Source: Akkermansia sp. (GTDB lineage Bacteria; Verrucomicrobiota; Verrucomicrobiia; Verrucomicrobiales; Akkermansiaceae). From it: a stretch of DNA of 57,530 nt. The translations under genes were made by a program, and so were the position numbers. The notes beneath the pieces are model-generated. The model saw nothing but the letters and a program-made list of their open reading frames with translations, did not search any database and was not told where the DNA came from. This document shows positions 27,531-37,302 of this stretch, piece by piece. The stretch lies in NCBI GenBank assembly GCA_017390945.1, contig JAFOZZ010000199.1, positions 1-57,530 of the forward strand. Direction: 5' to 3'. Numbering within the stretch: the stretch's first letter is position 1; each line of letters opens with the position of its first letter.

Positions 27531-28327
27531 GTCGGCGAGCTTACCAGTGGTGTGCTGCGCTGGCAGCGGCTGCGGCTATGCTGACCGGCACGGGGTGCCA
27601 GGAGCAGCTCCCGCCCGCACCGGGTATATACCCCACGCCCGATATGTCGTTTATAGGCCGCCGCACGCAGGTGCGCCTCAGCATGGAGCAGGCGGATGTG
27701 GCTTTCATCTTTATCGGTGGGTTTACGGAGCAGGTGCTTACCCACCTTCGGAGCTTGTATGAGGAGCTGCCCCCGCTGCCCAGCAAGGGTAAACAGGTAC
27801 GCGCGTTCTATGCCTGGGATGGCGGCCGCGGCTGCCTGGTATACCACAACACGAGGCTGATACAGAATGACCTGCGGAAGTTTTTGAAGGCTAATCCCAA
27901 GGCGGATTTGGTATTCGTAGGGCATAGCTATGGTGGCTCGGCTATCATGGATGTACTGCGCCACGTGGACAAGCGCCAGGGGCGTACCTTGGTGGTGACG
28001 CTGGATGCCGTGAGCTGCCGCGAGCGTTCTCACCCCCGCGAGCGAGCGGCGGATGTGGATTACTGGGTGAACGTGTATTGCTCTCCCTACCGTCATTTTA
28101 AGGATCTGGCTGCCAGTATCGGCGGCCCGTGGCGCTACTGTGAGCAGGCGGATGTGAACATCTGCTTCAGTGGCAAGATGCGCGATAGCCAGGCCCGCCG
28201 CTACCAGCATGCCCAGCCGCAACCCCTCTTTGTGGAGAAGGCACCGGGGCAGTCGCTCTCAGCGAGCGAATTGCTGATTCAGGCCTGCCGCCGGCACGAT
28301 ATAGGTAACCCGCAGAAAACCCGATGA
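27527..28327 (+). CDS. Lipoprotein with alpha/beta-hydrolase fold
   Basis: Lipobox-like LTGTGC, nucleophile elbow GHSYGG, VVTLDAV; translationally coupled on both sides. Confidence 0.75.
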   Translation: MSRRAYQWCAALAAAAAMLTGTGCQEQLPPAPGIYPTPDMSFIGRRTQVRLSMEQADVAFIFIGGFTEQVLTHLRSLYEELPPLPSKGKQVRAFYAWDGGRGCLVYHNTRLIQNDLRKFLKANPKADLVFVGHSYGGSAIMDVLRHVDKRQGRTLVVTLDAVSCRERSHPRERAADVDYWVNVYCSPYRHFKDLAASIGGPWRYCEQADVNICFSGKMRDSQARRYQHAQPQPLFVEKAPGQSLSASELLIQACRRHDIGNPQKTR

Positions 28328-28878
28328 CTTCTCCCACCGCACCCTGGCTGCGATTGCAGCAGAATGCCCGCGAGCTCGCTACCTTGCAGCCCGATGTGCG
28401 CGGCACTGTGCACCCCCAGGCTGTGGTGAGCGGTGTGCTCGCGCTGGGGGAGGGCTCGGTGGTGAAGCCCGGTACCGTCATCGAGGGGCGTGTGCGCATC
28501 GGCCGCAACTGTACCATTGGCCCGAATGCTTACCTGCGTGGCGATGTCACCATAGGCGATGGCTGTGTGGTGGGTAATGCCGTGGAGGTAAAGAGCAGTG
28601 TGCTGGGCAATGCCGTTTTTGTGTCGCACCTCACCTACATAGGTGATTCCGTGATAGAGGACGACGTGAATGTGGGCGGTGGCTGCATCTTCAGCAATTT
28701 CCGTCACGATGCCGGCGAGATTCGCATGCCCTGGGACGGCACCCTGCAACCCACCGGCACCAACAAACTGGGCTGCTATGTGGGCGCACACAGCCGCATC
28801 GGCTGCAAATGCGTTATCCTGCCCGGCCGCGTGCTGCCCCCAGGCACACAGACCTACCCCGGCACCGTGGTGAAGTAG
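28324..28878 (+). CDS. Left-handed beta-helix (hexapeptide repeat) acyltransferase, GlmU C-terminal-like
   Basis: Hexapeptide repeats IGRNCT IGPNAY LRGDVT IGDGCV VGNAVEVK, HLTYIGDSVI, NFRHD. Confidence 0.8.
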   Translation: MTSPTAPWLRLQQNARELATLQPDVRGTVHPQAVVSGVLALGEGSVVKPGTVIEGRVRIGRNCTIGPNAYLRGDVTIGDGCVVGNAVEVKSSVLGNAVFVSHLTYIGDSVIEDDVNVGGGCIFSNFRHDAGEIRMPWDGTLQPTGTNKLGCYVGAHSRIGCKCVILPGRVLPPGTQTYPGTVVK

Positions 28879-29060
28879 GAAGGACGAATTCCGAAAGGGC
28901 GATTTTTTTTGAGTTCGAGGCTCGAAACTCGTAACTGATACTTTTCCCATTGTGAGGCAAAAATAAAAATCCGTTGTCATGACAGCTTTTTTTTGATACA
29001 ATACGCTCGTTCGTGTGTCTAAGTGGCAAGCGAACCGTTATTTTTACCAGCCGAATAGCT

Positions 29061-31277
29061 ATGACGACAAAATCGATACTCATCACCGCAGTGTGCGCCC
29101 TGAGCGGGCTGAGCATGCTGCAGGCCGAGGAAACGGTGCAAGCCGTTGCCGCCGTAGAACAACAGGCCGTGCAGCAGCAGGCCGAGCATCCTTATTTTCA
29201 GGACAAACCCTACCCTGCCTGGTCGAAGATGACCCCGGAGCAGGGCATTCGTGACACCCGTGCCGCGCTGGCGCTTGCCCGCGAGCGCATTGCCGCCGTG
29301 TGCCGCGTGACCCCGGAGCAGGCGACTTTCGAGAACACCTTCCTCGCCCTCAACCTCGCCAGCGATGAGCTCGGACAGGCTCAGGGCTACATGCACCACC
29401 TCTCCTCCGTGATGGATAACGAGGAGCTGCGCCAGGCGCAGGAATCCCTCATCCCCGAGCTCACGGCGTTCGACGCCGCCATTCTGGCCAACGAGAAGCT
29501 CTGGGAGGTCATCAAAAATGCCGCCGCTCAGCCCTGGGTGAAGGAGCTCTCCCCCGCCAAGCAGCGCTTCGTGCAGCAGACGGTGGACAGCTTTGTGGAC
29601 AGCGGTGCCGACCTGCCCGCCGACAAGAAGGCACGCAAGGCCGAAATCGAGCGCGAGCTCTCCGAGCTTACCCTCCAATTCGGCAAGAATGTGCTGGATA
29701 GCACCAATGCCTGGAAGCTTCTTATCGTCAACAAAGACGAGCTCGCCGGTATGAGCGAGGACTGGATGAACAAGGCGCAGGCCGAGGCGCGTGCACGCGG
29801 CTTCGGTAGCGATGAAAAGCCCTGCTGGCTCATCACGCTCGACTACACCAGCATCGGCACCGTGATGCGCGATTGCGATGTGGAGGCCACCCGCAAGATG
29901 TGCTGGGAGGGGCAGAGCACCATTGGCGCCGTGGGTGAGTGGGACAACGCCTCCACTGTTGCCCGCGTGATGGAGCTGCGCCGCGAGCTGGCCGAGCTGC
30001 TGGGCTTTAAGACCTACGCCGACATGACCACGCACCGCCGCATGGTGGGTGGGGGCGACAACGCCATGGCGTTCATCGACAACATGGCCGAGAAAGTACT
30101 GCCTGCCTTCCGCGATGAGTGCCGCCAGCTGCTCGAATACGTCTCCGCCAAGAAGGGCAGCAACGTCATGTTCCTCGACCCCTGGGACCGCCGCTACTAC
30201 CTCAACAAGATGTCGCAGGAGCTGTACTCCTTCGACCCCGAGGAGCTGCGTCCCTACCACCGAGCCGACAATGTAGTGAACGGCATGTTCGCCATCTACG
30301 GCAAGCTGCTCGGCGTCAGCTTTGCCGAGGTGCCCACCATGTGCCTGGAGAAAGGCTCCGTCTGCCCCGAGGGCGTGGTGGAGGTATGGCACCCTGAGGT
30401 CAAGGTGTTTAAGGTGACGGACAACAAAACCGGCGCCCACCTCGGTTCCTTCTACATGGACCTCTTCCCCCGCGCCAGCAAGCGCGCCGGTGCCTGGGTC
30501 ATGCCCATGCGCTACGGCCGCGCCGGCGAGAATGGCGCGCCGCATGAGCCGCACCTCGCCTGCCTGGTGGGCAACCTCAGCACCCCCACCGAGGACAAGC
30601 CCGCCCTCTTCACTCACTACGATGTGCAGACCATCTTCCACGAGTTCGGGCACATGATGCACTGCATGCTGGGCGACACCGAGCTACAGGCTCACTGCGG
30701 CACCAGCGTTGCCTGGGACTTCGTGGAGCTGCCCAGCCAGATATTTGAGAACTGGACCTGGTACCCCGAGGGCATTGCCCAGTACGCCTTCCACTACGAA
30801 ACCGGCGCACCCATGCCTGCCGAGCTGATTGAGAAGTTGCAGAAGAGCCGCTACTTCATGCCCGCCACCGATACCATGGGGCAGCTCTGCTATGGCAAGC
30901 TCGACCTCGAGATGCACATGAACTACAACGAGAAGTTCAAGGGCAAGAGCCTCGACCTGGCCACCAATCAGCTGCTCGATCCCTGGCGCCTGCCCATGTC
31001 CGTCAGCGCCCCCTCCTTCATGCGCCACCTCACCCACTGCATCACCGGTGGTTACTCTGCCGGTTACTACTCCTACAAGTGGGCCGAGGTGCTCTCGGCG
31101 GACGCCTTCACCCGCTTTAAGAAGGAAGGTATCATGAACCCCGCCACCGGCGCCGCCTTCCGCGAGGCCGTGCTCAGCAAGGGCGATAGTAAGGATGCCG
31201 CTGCCGTCTACCGCGACTTCATGGGCCGCGACCCCAACCCGGACGCCCTCCTGCAGGCTCAGGGCCTTGTGAAGTAA
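29061..31277 (+). CDS. M3A family metallopeptidase (oligopeptidase A/Dcp-like) with signal peptide, copy 1
   Basis: FHEFGHMMH (HExxH), WDFVELPSQ, GYSAGYYSYKWAEVL, FMGRDP; N-terminal signal MTTKSILITAVCALSGLSMLQA. Confidence 0.93.
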   Translation: MTTKSILITAVCALSGLSMLQAEETVQAVAAVEQQAVQQQAEHPYFQDKPYPAWSKMTPEQGIRDTRAALALARERIAAVCRVTPEQATFENTFLALNLASDELGQAQGYMHHLSSVMDNEELRQAQESLIPELTAFDAAILANEKLWEVIKNAAAQPWVKELSPAKQRFVQQTVDSFVDSGADLPADKKARKAEIERELSELTLQFGKNVLDSTNAWKLLIVNKDELAGMSEDWMNKAQAEARARGFGSDEKPCWLITLDYTSIGTVMRDCDVEATRKMCWEGQSTIGAVGEWDNASTVARVMELRRELAELLGFKTYADMTTHRRMVGGGDNAMAFIDNMAEKVLPAFRDECRQLLEYVSAKKGSNVMFLDPWDRRYYLNKMSQELYSFDPEELRPYHRADNVVNGMFAIYGKLLGVSFAEVPTMCLEKGSVCPEGVVEVWHPEVKVFKVTDNKTGAHLGSFYMDLFPRASKRAGAWVMPMRYGRAGENGAPHEPHLACLVGNLSTPTEDKPALFTHYDVQTIFHEFGHMMHCMLGDTELQAHCGTSVAWDFVELPSQIFENWTWYPEGIAQYAFHYETGAPMPAELIEKLQKSRYFMPATDTMGQLCYGKLDLEMHMNYNEKFKGKSLDLATNQLLDPWRLPMSVSAPSFMRHLTHCITGGYSAGYYSYKWAEVLSADAFTRFKKEGIMNPATGAAFREAVLSKGDSKDAAAVYRDFMGRDPNPDALLQAQGLVK

Positions 31278-31314
31278 GCTACAAAGTAATAGCTTGGCGC
31301 CTATGGCGCATAAA

Positions 31315-31346
31315 GAACCGCAGTCTTTGCAGACTGCGGTTTTTTT
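31315..31346 (+). terminator. Rho-independent terminator of the repeated CCGCAGTCT family
   Basis: ACCGCAGTCT-TTGC-AGACTGCGGT followed by a T run. Confidence 0.8.
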
Positions 31347-31465
31347 ATGCATGGTAATTCAGACAGATATCTTTGAACAGAAAAATACTTTTAATGCTCT
31401 AAATGGTAGAGAGCGTGAGCTCGATTTCCGTTAAAACAAAATTCAGACCTTAATAAGAACTCCTC

Positions 31466-33229
31466 ATGAAAGAGAAAGATATAACGAACACCCACACGGC
31501 TGTTAGCCATAAATCTAACAGAGGGATTGTAATCGCCATTATTGCTACGGCAGTTGCTATGGGCGGTTTGTCTGCTATTCAGTACCATGTTCAGCGCGAA
31601 GCGAACAAGCAGGTAACGAGCCAGATGAACGCTCAAGTTGATTCTTTGAGTAAGGAAATCGCGCAGTTGAAGTCAGACCTGTCTAAAACCTTGGAGAGTA
31701 ACCATCAGCAGACGGCCAAGCCGGTGACGGCGTTGACAAATCAGGTGACGGAGCTGGACAAGCAGGTAGCGGAGTTGAAAAAAGCTATTGAGGAAGGAGG
31801 TAAAGAAGGTGCTGTCATGCAGGCTCGTGCCCGTCGCTATTGGGAAGCCGCTCGCAAGGCTCGTGCTGAAGGGCTGGAGACAACGAATACTCTCTACCTC
31901 TCAGCCTTGACTTACGCTGAGGATAAGATGGAGATGCTACTCGAATACGTGAGCTGGAAAAAAGAGCAGTTGGAGAAGCTGGAGGAAAAGGATGTAGAGG
32001 CCGCTCGAGAGCTTATTGGAAATACTATGCGCATCTGTGATTCGCTGCTCAGTCAGGCATCTGTAAGTGATTTGGAGCAGTTGTCTGGCCTGAAAAATGC
32101 TTTAAAGGAGCTGGGTGATTTGCAGACGGAAAGAGAGAAGACTTCGGTTGCTGCCCACAAAGCGGAAATAGAAGGCTGGTTAGCTGAGTTGGAAGCTGCC
32201 CCGTCTGAGCGTTTGAGTGAAATGATGAATTCGTTGAGCCAGATTCCTGCTTATAGTGAGCTGGATGAGGCTCGAACGAAACTATTGCAGGGGATTGAGG
32301 TGCGTCAGCTTTGCCTCTTAGGCCATGAGGAGGAGCTGCGTTTACCGACAGAGACCGGGAATATGCCGTGGAAAGCGTGGCTGACCCACTTCCGTGACCG
32401 TTTGCGTGCTCGTGGAGGAAAGGGACAGGCGACAGCAGAAATCCGTTTGCAAGAGTATACCCAGGCTGAGCAACTGCTCACAGAAGCAGCCCAGATGAAG
32501 AACGAAGAGGTACAGCAGTTACTGAAAGAATTCACTGCCATTCGTGGCGAGCTGCGCCGCGAGGTGTGGATGCTCGAATTCCATAAACTTGACCGCAACA
32601 ACAATGCCTCAGTTCAGGCTCTTATTAGTGTGGCTGATGCCTTTGCCGCAGATGAACGCAATGGTATTCAGGGGCAGGTGGACGATCTGCGACGTTGCCT
32701 GATGGATAAGTCTATTGATGAGATGTCAAAACAGTTTGTCGAGTTGAACCAGGCTCCTAAAGAGCTGCGTGGTCAGCTTCTGGGGAGTCTGTATATGCAG
32801 TGTTATCGAACCAGTCGCATGTTATCAGAACAGCAGGATGTTTATCAGCCTCAAATTAATCGTCTTAATCAATTATTGGAAAATATTCGCAATGCATACA
32901 AGATTGAGACTCAACAGCCAGTGAATGATAGGCAAGCTCGTTTGAGCAAGTATGCAGACTGGGCACATGAGCAGTTGAGAAAAGCTGAGAATCAATATAA
33001 AAAGGCAGTTGATTTCTGGGGGCCGACTAGCTTAGAAGATGCTCAGAGGCACTTGAGATATGGCTGGGAGGATTTGATGTGTATCAATCCCGGTACTTTG
33101 AATGAGGCTTCTGCATCGCTTTATACCAAGTATGAGCGTCTGAAGACGCAGCTCAATAATGACCTGAAGCCCGAAAATAGGTCGTATCCACGTCCGATTA
33201 ACCTGGAAGATGCTCGCTTCAACCCCTAA
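31466..33229 (+). CDS. Hypothetical membrane-anchored coiled-coil / alpha-helical protein
   Basis: 587-aa ORF, single N-terminal TM (GIVIAIIATAVAMGGLSAI), E/Q/K/L-rich heptads; lower GC than the backbone. Confidence 0.75.
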   Translation: MKEKDITNTHTAVSHKSNRGIVIAIIATAVAMGGLSAIQYHVQREANKQVTSQMNAQVDSLSKEIAQLKSDLSKTLESNHQQTAKPVTALTNQVTELDKQVAELKKAIEEGGKEGAVMQARARRYWEAARKARAEGLETTNTLYLSALTYAEDKMEMLLEYVSWKKEQLEKLEEKDVEAARELIGNTMRICDSLLSQASVSDLEQLSGLKNALKELGDLQTEREKTSVAAHKAEIEGWLAELEAAPSERLSEMMNSLSQIPAYSELDEARTKLLQGIEVRQLCLLGHEEELRLPTETGNMPWKAWLTHFRDRLRARGGKGQATAEIRLQEYTQAEQLLTEAAQMKNEEVQQLLKEFTAIRGELRREVWMLEFHKLDRNNNASVQALISVADAFAADERNGIQGQVDDLRRCLMDKSIDEMSKQFVELNQAPKELRGQLLGSLYMQCYRTSRMLSEQQDVYQPQINRLNQLLENIRNAYKIETQQPVNDRQARLSKYADWAHEQLRKAENQYKKAVDFWGPTSLEDAQRHLRYGWEDLMCINPGTLNEASASLYTKYERLKTQLNNDLKPENRSYPRPINLEDARFNP

Positions 33230-33241
33230 TTCATAACAGCA

Positions 33242-34876
33242 ATGAAGAAGACTGATATTTTGCTTCTTTCCGGATTAATGTGCTGTGGCATTGCCACAGC
33301 ACAGAGCAGCGCCCTGCTACGTGACATTAACAAGCAATATCTTGGAGATAGCTATGCGGTGAGATCGGTCGGGCAAACTCGCTCCCTCATTTCGCCGGAT
33401 GCGCTGCTGCGGCAGGCTCCCTGGCTGGCACGAGAGCAGACAGTTGTAGCTACTGGTGATGTGGGTTTGATAGAGCAGTTGCAGGCGGAGAATGCGCGTG
33501 TAGGCGAGCGCTTAAATCAGAGCAATCGTGATAATGTGGCTGCTCGCAAGATTTCGGGTGATTTTGGAGAGCGCCTCATGGATAAGCACTTCGTTGACCA
33601 AGGGTGGGAGAAGCTTAATAGTAAGGTGGGTGTGCAGGGGCTCGATGGTATGTATGTACGCCGGGATAGCAATGGCCGTATTATTGAGTATCAGCCTGCT
33701 GAGGCAAAGACGGGCGATTCTCAGCTGAACATGACCAAAGCCGGAAAGCAGGCAACCTCTGGATATGTAAATGTGAAAATAAAAGAGATGATTGCCAGCG
33801 CTCAGAAGCAGTATGATGCGAACCCGACACCTGCGAACAAACGCTATCTGCAGGACTGTCAGGCACTGCAGACTGCTAAAGGGCATCCCGCTCAAGTGTT
33901 CCGAGCTAAGTACGTAACCTTAGATGGTAAGACTTACTTGCGAACAAGCCTTTCTTACGCAGATGGAACATCAGCCGGTACCACGAAGTATATCGATATG
34001 ACGAAGGACACTGTTGAGTCGCGTGCTGTGAAGCGTGCTCTCTCGGCCTCGGTGGAAGAAGGTATGGGTTCTGCAAAGCTGGCCGGTACAATGAATAAAC
34101 TGGAATCAGGTTTTAAGAGTGGGCGCATTGCGAGCTCCGGTGATGTTAACTGGACGCTGAAGAATGAGATACATAAGCCTGAGCCGGTGAAGATGAGTAG
34201 CTTAGCCCCGGCGAAGGTAGCAAAAGGAAGCAAGAGCGCTCCGCTCATGAACAAGTATGGTCTGGCTACAGCCAGCGTCGGTATTCTGAGTGAGAGTATG
34301 TTAATCTTGACTCATGACATCCTGCGGGGTAACGTAACCTGGGATACTGCTGGTGAGATAGCTAAACTGGGAGTATTGGCCGGGGCTACAGAGCTTACAT
34401 TGCAATATTCCGGAACGATTACTCAGCTCGTGGCTCAAAATTGTTTCAATGTGACTGATGATGTGGCTAAGAGCTTGGCTTCCGTTACCAGTAAAACACT
34501 GGGTGCTGCAGCTGTTGGGTTGCAGGCAATTGTCGGTGGGTATATGGTCTACGATTATATTTCCCAATACAATGCGGGTGAAATCACTCTGACGGACATG
34601 TCGGTTAAAGGTTCTTTGGTTGCAGTTTCGGTAGTCTCTGATTTTTATATTGCTGAGGCAGGTTTCGCATTCCCTACCAGCGTTGGAGTGGGAGCAGGGG
34701 CCGGAATTCTGGGGGGGGTGGTAGGGGCAATAGGTCCTTTCTGCGGTGTAGGTATAGTCGTGTATGATTACTTCGCCGCTGAGGCCCGTGCGGAGGCTGC
34801 TTTCCGGGAGCAAATGATTATGGCTGGGTGGGAGGATGAACACCGCCGTCAGTTGCGAGCGGCCGGGCAATGGTGA
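33242..34876 (+). CDS. Secreted protein with PD-(D/E)xK (restriction-endonuclease-fold) nuclease-like domain and C-terminal hydrophobic/Gly-rich helices
   Basis: Signal MKKTDILLLSGLMCCGIATA; motif GDFGER...GLDGMY...AEAKTG.SQL..T..GKQ; C-terminal hydrophobic segments such as GVGAGAGILGGVVGAIG. Confidence 0.6.
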   Translation: MKKTDILLLSGLMCCGIATAQSSALLRDINKQYLGDSYAVRSVGQTRSLISPDALLRQAPWLAREQTVVATGDVGLIEQLQAENARVGERLNQSNRDNVAARKISGDFGERLMDKHFVDQGWEKLNSKVGVQGLDGMYVRRDSNGRIIEYQPAEAKTGDSQLNMTKAGKQATSGYVNVKIKEMIASAQKQYDANPTPANKRYLQDCQALQTAKGHPAQVFRAKYVTLDGKTYLRTSLSYADGTSAGTTKYIDMTKDTVESRAVKRALSASVEEGMGSAKLAGTMNKLESGFKSGRIASSGDVNWTLKNEIHKPEPVKMSSLAPAKVAKGSKSAPLMNKYGLATASVGILSESMLILTHDILRGNVTWDTAGEIAKLGVLAGATELTLQYSGTITQLVAQNCFNVTDDVAKSLASVTSKTLGAAAVGLQAIVGGYMVYDYISQYNAGEITLTDMSVKGSLVAVSVVSDFYIAEAGFAFPTSVGVGAGAGILGGVVGAIGPFCGVGIVVYDYFAAEARAEAAFREQMIMAGWEDEHRRQLRAAGQW

Positions 34877-34938
34877 GTATGGGAGATAAGTTAATAGGCG
34901 TTGGAATAATGAGATAACCGAGAAAATGGTTTTCTTTT

Positions 34939-34970
34939 AAGAGCAGCGAGCCAGTGGCTCGCTGCTCTTT
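34939..34970 (+). terminator. Terminator-like hairpin after the two-gene islet
   Basis: AAGAGCAGCGAGCCA-G-TGGCTCGCTGCTCTT. Confidence 0.7.
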
Positions 34971-35090
34971 GTCTCGGCGTAGCCCGCAGGGCGAAGGCGA
35001 AGTCTGGCTGTGGTGAAAGAGGCGGTGGTTACACTATAAGCCGTCGCTTTTCTTTTACAAGTGTTTTTCAAATTGCGGCTTTCTGTGTCT

Positions 35091-35199
35091 ATTCACCATG
35101 CAAAACAGCCACGATGTGGTGGTTTTGCATGGTGAATTAGTGATTTTTTTTGACTTTATCATGCAAATCAGTCATCATATGGCAGAATTGCATGGTAAA
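35091..35199. promoter_or_regulatory. Two tandem related palindromes upstream of the AAA/DUF4143 remnant
   Basis: ATTCACCATGCAAAAC-N15-GTTTTGCATGGTGAAT (35091-35137, perfect 16 bp) and degenerate TTTATCATGCAA...TTGCATGGTAAA (35155-35199); TTGACT at 35150. Confidence 0.7.
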
Positions 35200-35442
35200 A
35201 TGATGGAAAACAAGAGAACAATAGCAGCAAAAATATCAGAAATGCACGAGGTGTTTCCTTGTGTGATGGTAACGGGTGCGCGTCAGGTTGGAAAATCGAC
35301 CTTGTTAAAGAGTCTTTTGCCGGAGGGGATGCAATATGTAACATTTGACGATGAATTGATGTTGAGCCGTGCAAAGGAAGACCCGGTAGTTTTTTGGGCT
35401 GAAGGTAAGGGTAGTTACGCATACCCGATTTCAATGATATAA
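35200..35442 (+). pseudogene. Internally deleted AAA_14/DUF4143 gene
   Basis: N-terminus FPCVMVTGARQVGKSTLLKSLLPEGMQYVTFDD matches 23861-25099, then joins in-frame to a C-terminus (SYAYPISMI*) resembling AFAFPISGL*. Confidence 0.8.
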
Positions 35443-35520
35443 TCTACGCATGACACAGACGCGCGCGAGGGGGCGTGCTTTCGGGTTGCAAGGTGGGGAG
35501 GAAAGGAGTAGAATGGCGAT

Positions 35521-36906
35521 ATGAGTTACGATTTGATTGTGATTGGTGGCGGCCCTGCCGGTTATGTGGGTGCGATTCGCGCTGCCCAGATGGGTAAGCG
35601 CGTAGTGTGTGTGGAGAAGGAGAACCTGGGCGGCACCTGTCTGAACTGGGGGTGCATACCCACGAAAGCTTTGCTGAAAAATGCCGAGGTGTACAATACG
35701 ATGGCGAAGCATGCTGCGGAGTACGGTATTTCCTGCGGCGAGATGAGTGTGGACTGGCCGGCGGTGATTGCCCGCAGCCGTGCGGTGTCGGAGCGTCTTT
35801 CCAATGGTATTGCCTTCCTTTTCAAAAAGAATAAGATTGACCAGGTATTCGGTACGGCTCGCATCATGGAGCCCGGCCGTGTGGAGGTGGTAGGTGCCGA
35901 TGGCGAGGTGAGCACGCTGGAGGGTGCTAATATCCTCATTGCTACCGGAGCCCGCACCCGCGAGGTGCCGGCGTTCCCCTTCAATGGCAAGACCATCATT
36001 GGCAGCAAGGATGCCCTGGTGATGCCTAAGCGCCCCGAGAGCATGATAGTGATTGGCTCCGGTGCCATTGGTACTGAGCTGTCGTACGTGTACCACTGCT
36101 TCGGCACGAAGGTGACGCTGGTGGAGGCGCTGCCGCGTATTCTGCCCAATGAGGACAATGACGTGTGCACGGCCATGGAGCGCTCGTTCAAGAAGCAGGG
36201 TATCACCTGCATGGCCGGCGCTAAGGTGGAGAGCCTGAAGGACAATGGCGAGAGCGTGACGGCTACCATTACGGCCAAGAATGGTAAGCAGCAGGAGATT
36301 ACGGCTGATGTGTGCCTGGTGGCTATCGGCGTGGTACCTGTGGTGCCTGAGGCGAATGGGCTGGAGCTCACCGAGCGTGGTTTCATTAAGGTGGATGAGT
36401 CCTACCGCACCAGCATCTCCGGCGTGTATGCCGTGGGCGACTGCATCGGCGGTATCATGCTGGCCCATACGGCCAGCTTTGAGGCGGAGCAGGCTGTGGA
36501 GGGGATGTTCGACCCCAATCACAAGCCCAAGCAGCCGGTGAATGTGCCGGGCTGCACCTACTGCCACCCGCAGGTGGCCAGTGTGGGCAAGCGCGAGCGC
36601 GAGCTGAAGGAGGCCGGTGTGGAGTACAAGGTGGGCAAGTTCCCCTTCCTGGGCATTGGCAAGGCTGTGGCTGCCGGCGAGACGGAGGGCTTTGTGAAGC
36701 TGATTTTCGGCAAGGAAAACGGCGAGCTGCTGGGCGCACATATCATGGGCGACAGCGCTACGGAGATGATTGCCCACCCGGAGCTTGCGATGAACAGCGA
36801 GCTGACGGAGGCTGATATGAATGCGATGATTTATGCCCACCCCACGCTCTCGGAGGCTATTCACGAGGCGGTGCTGGCGGCTGATGGGCTTGCGATTCAT
36901 GGCTAA
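35521..36906 (+). CDS. lpdA: Dihydrolipoyl dehydrogenase (E3)
   Basis: IGGGPAGY, GGTCLNWGCIPTK, GSGAIG, HPTLSE; TTGCAA-17-TAGAAT ending 6 nt before ATG. Confidence 0.97.
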   Translation: MSYDLIVIGGGPAGYVGAIRAAQMGKRVVCVEKENLGGTCLNWGCIPTKALLKNAEVYNTMAKHAAEYGISCGEMSVDWPAVIARSRAVSERLSNGIAFLFKKNKIDQVFGTARIMEPGRVEVVGADGEVSTLEGANILIATGARTREVPAFPFNGKTIIGSKDALVMPKRPESMIVIGSGAIGTELSYVYHCFGTKVTLVEALPRILPNEDNDVCTAMERSFKKQGITCMAGAKVESLKDNGESVTATITAKNGKQQEITADVCLVAIGVVPVVPEANGLELTERGFIKVDESYRTSISGVYAVGDCIGGIMLAHTASFEAEQAVEGMFDPNHKPKQPVNVPGCTYCHPQVASVGKRERELKEAGVEYKVGKFPFLGIGKAVAAGETEGFVKLIFGKENGELLGAHIMGDSATEMIAHPELAMNSELTEADMNAMIYAHPTLSEAIHEAVLAADGLAIHG

Positions 36907-36927
36907 CCTTTACGCTCAATACCCCTG

Positions 36928-37281
36928 ATGGCTCGTAAGTTTTACTACGATACCGGTAAAGAGAAAATCGGCCCCGTGAGCGGCAACGAGCTCGTGCAGC
37001 TGCGTGCCGCCGGGGAGATTGATAACAAGACCTGGGTGCGCCGGGAGGACTCCTCCACCTGGCGCCCGCTGGGCTCTACCGACTTGCGAGAAGAGGAGGA
37101 GGAAGAGGCGAATCCGAGCCTGTGGAAGCTGTTGTTCCGCAATGCTTCCGTGGGGCAGGTTGTGCTCTTTGTGGCGGTGGCTGTGGTGATGCTGTTGCTG
37201 CTGGTGGGTGTGCTGGGTTTTGCCTGGCCGGTGCTGCTGGTGGTGGTCGCCGTGTGGCTGCTGGCACGTGCTATTCGCTGA
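36928..37281 (+). CDS. GYF_2 (DUF4339) domain membrane protein
   Basis: YY...EKIGPVS..EL..L...GEI...TWVRRE....WRP followed by two hydrophobic helices. Confidence 0.8.
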   Translation: MARKFYYDTGKEKIGPVSGNELVQLRAAGEIDNKTWVRREDSSTWRPLGSTDLREEEEEEANPSLWKLLFRNASVGQVVLFVAVAVVMLLLLVGVLGFAWPVLLVVVAVWLLARAIR

Positions 37282-37302
37282 TTTGCTGAATATTGCTGTA
37301 TT

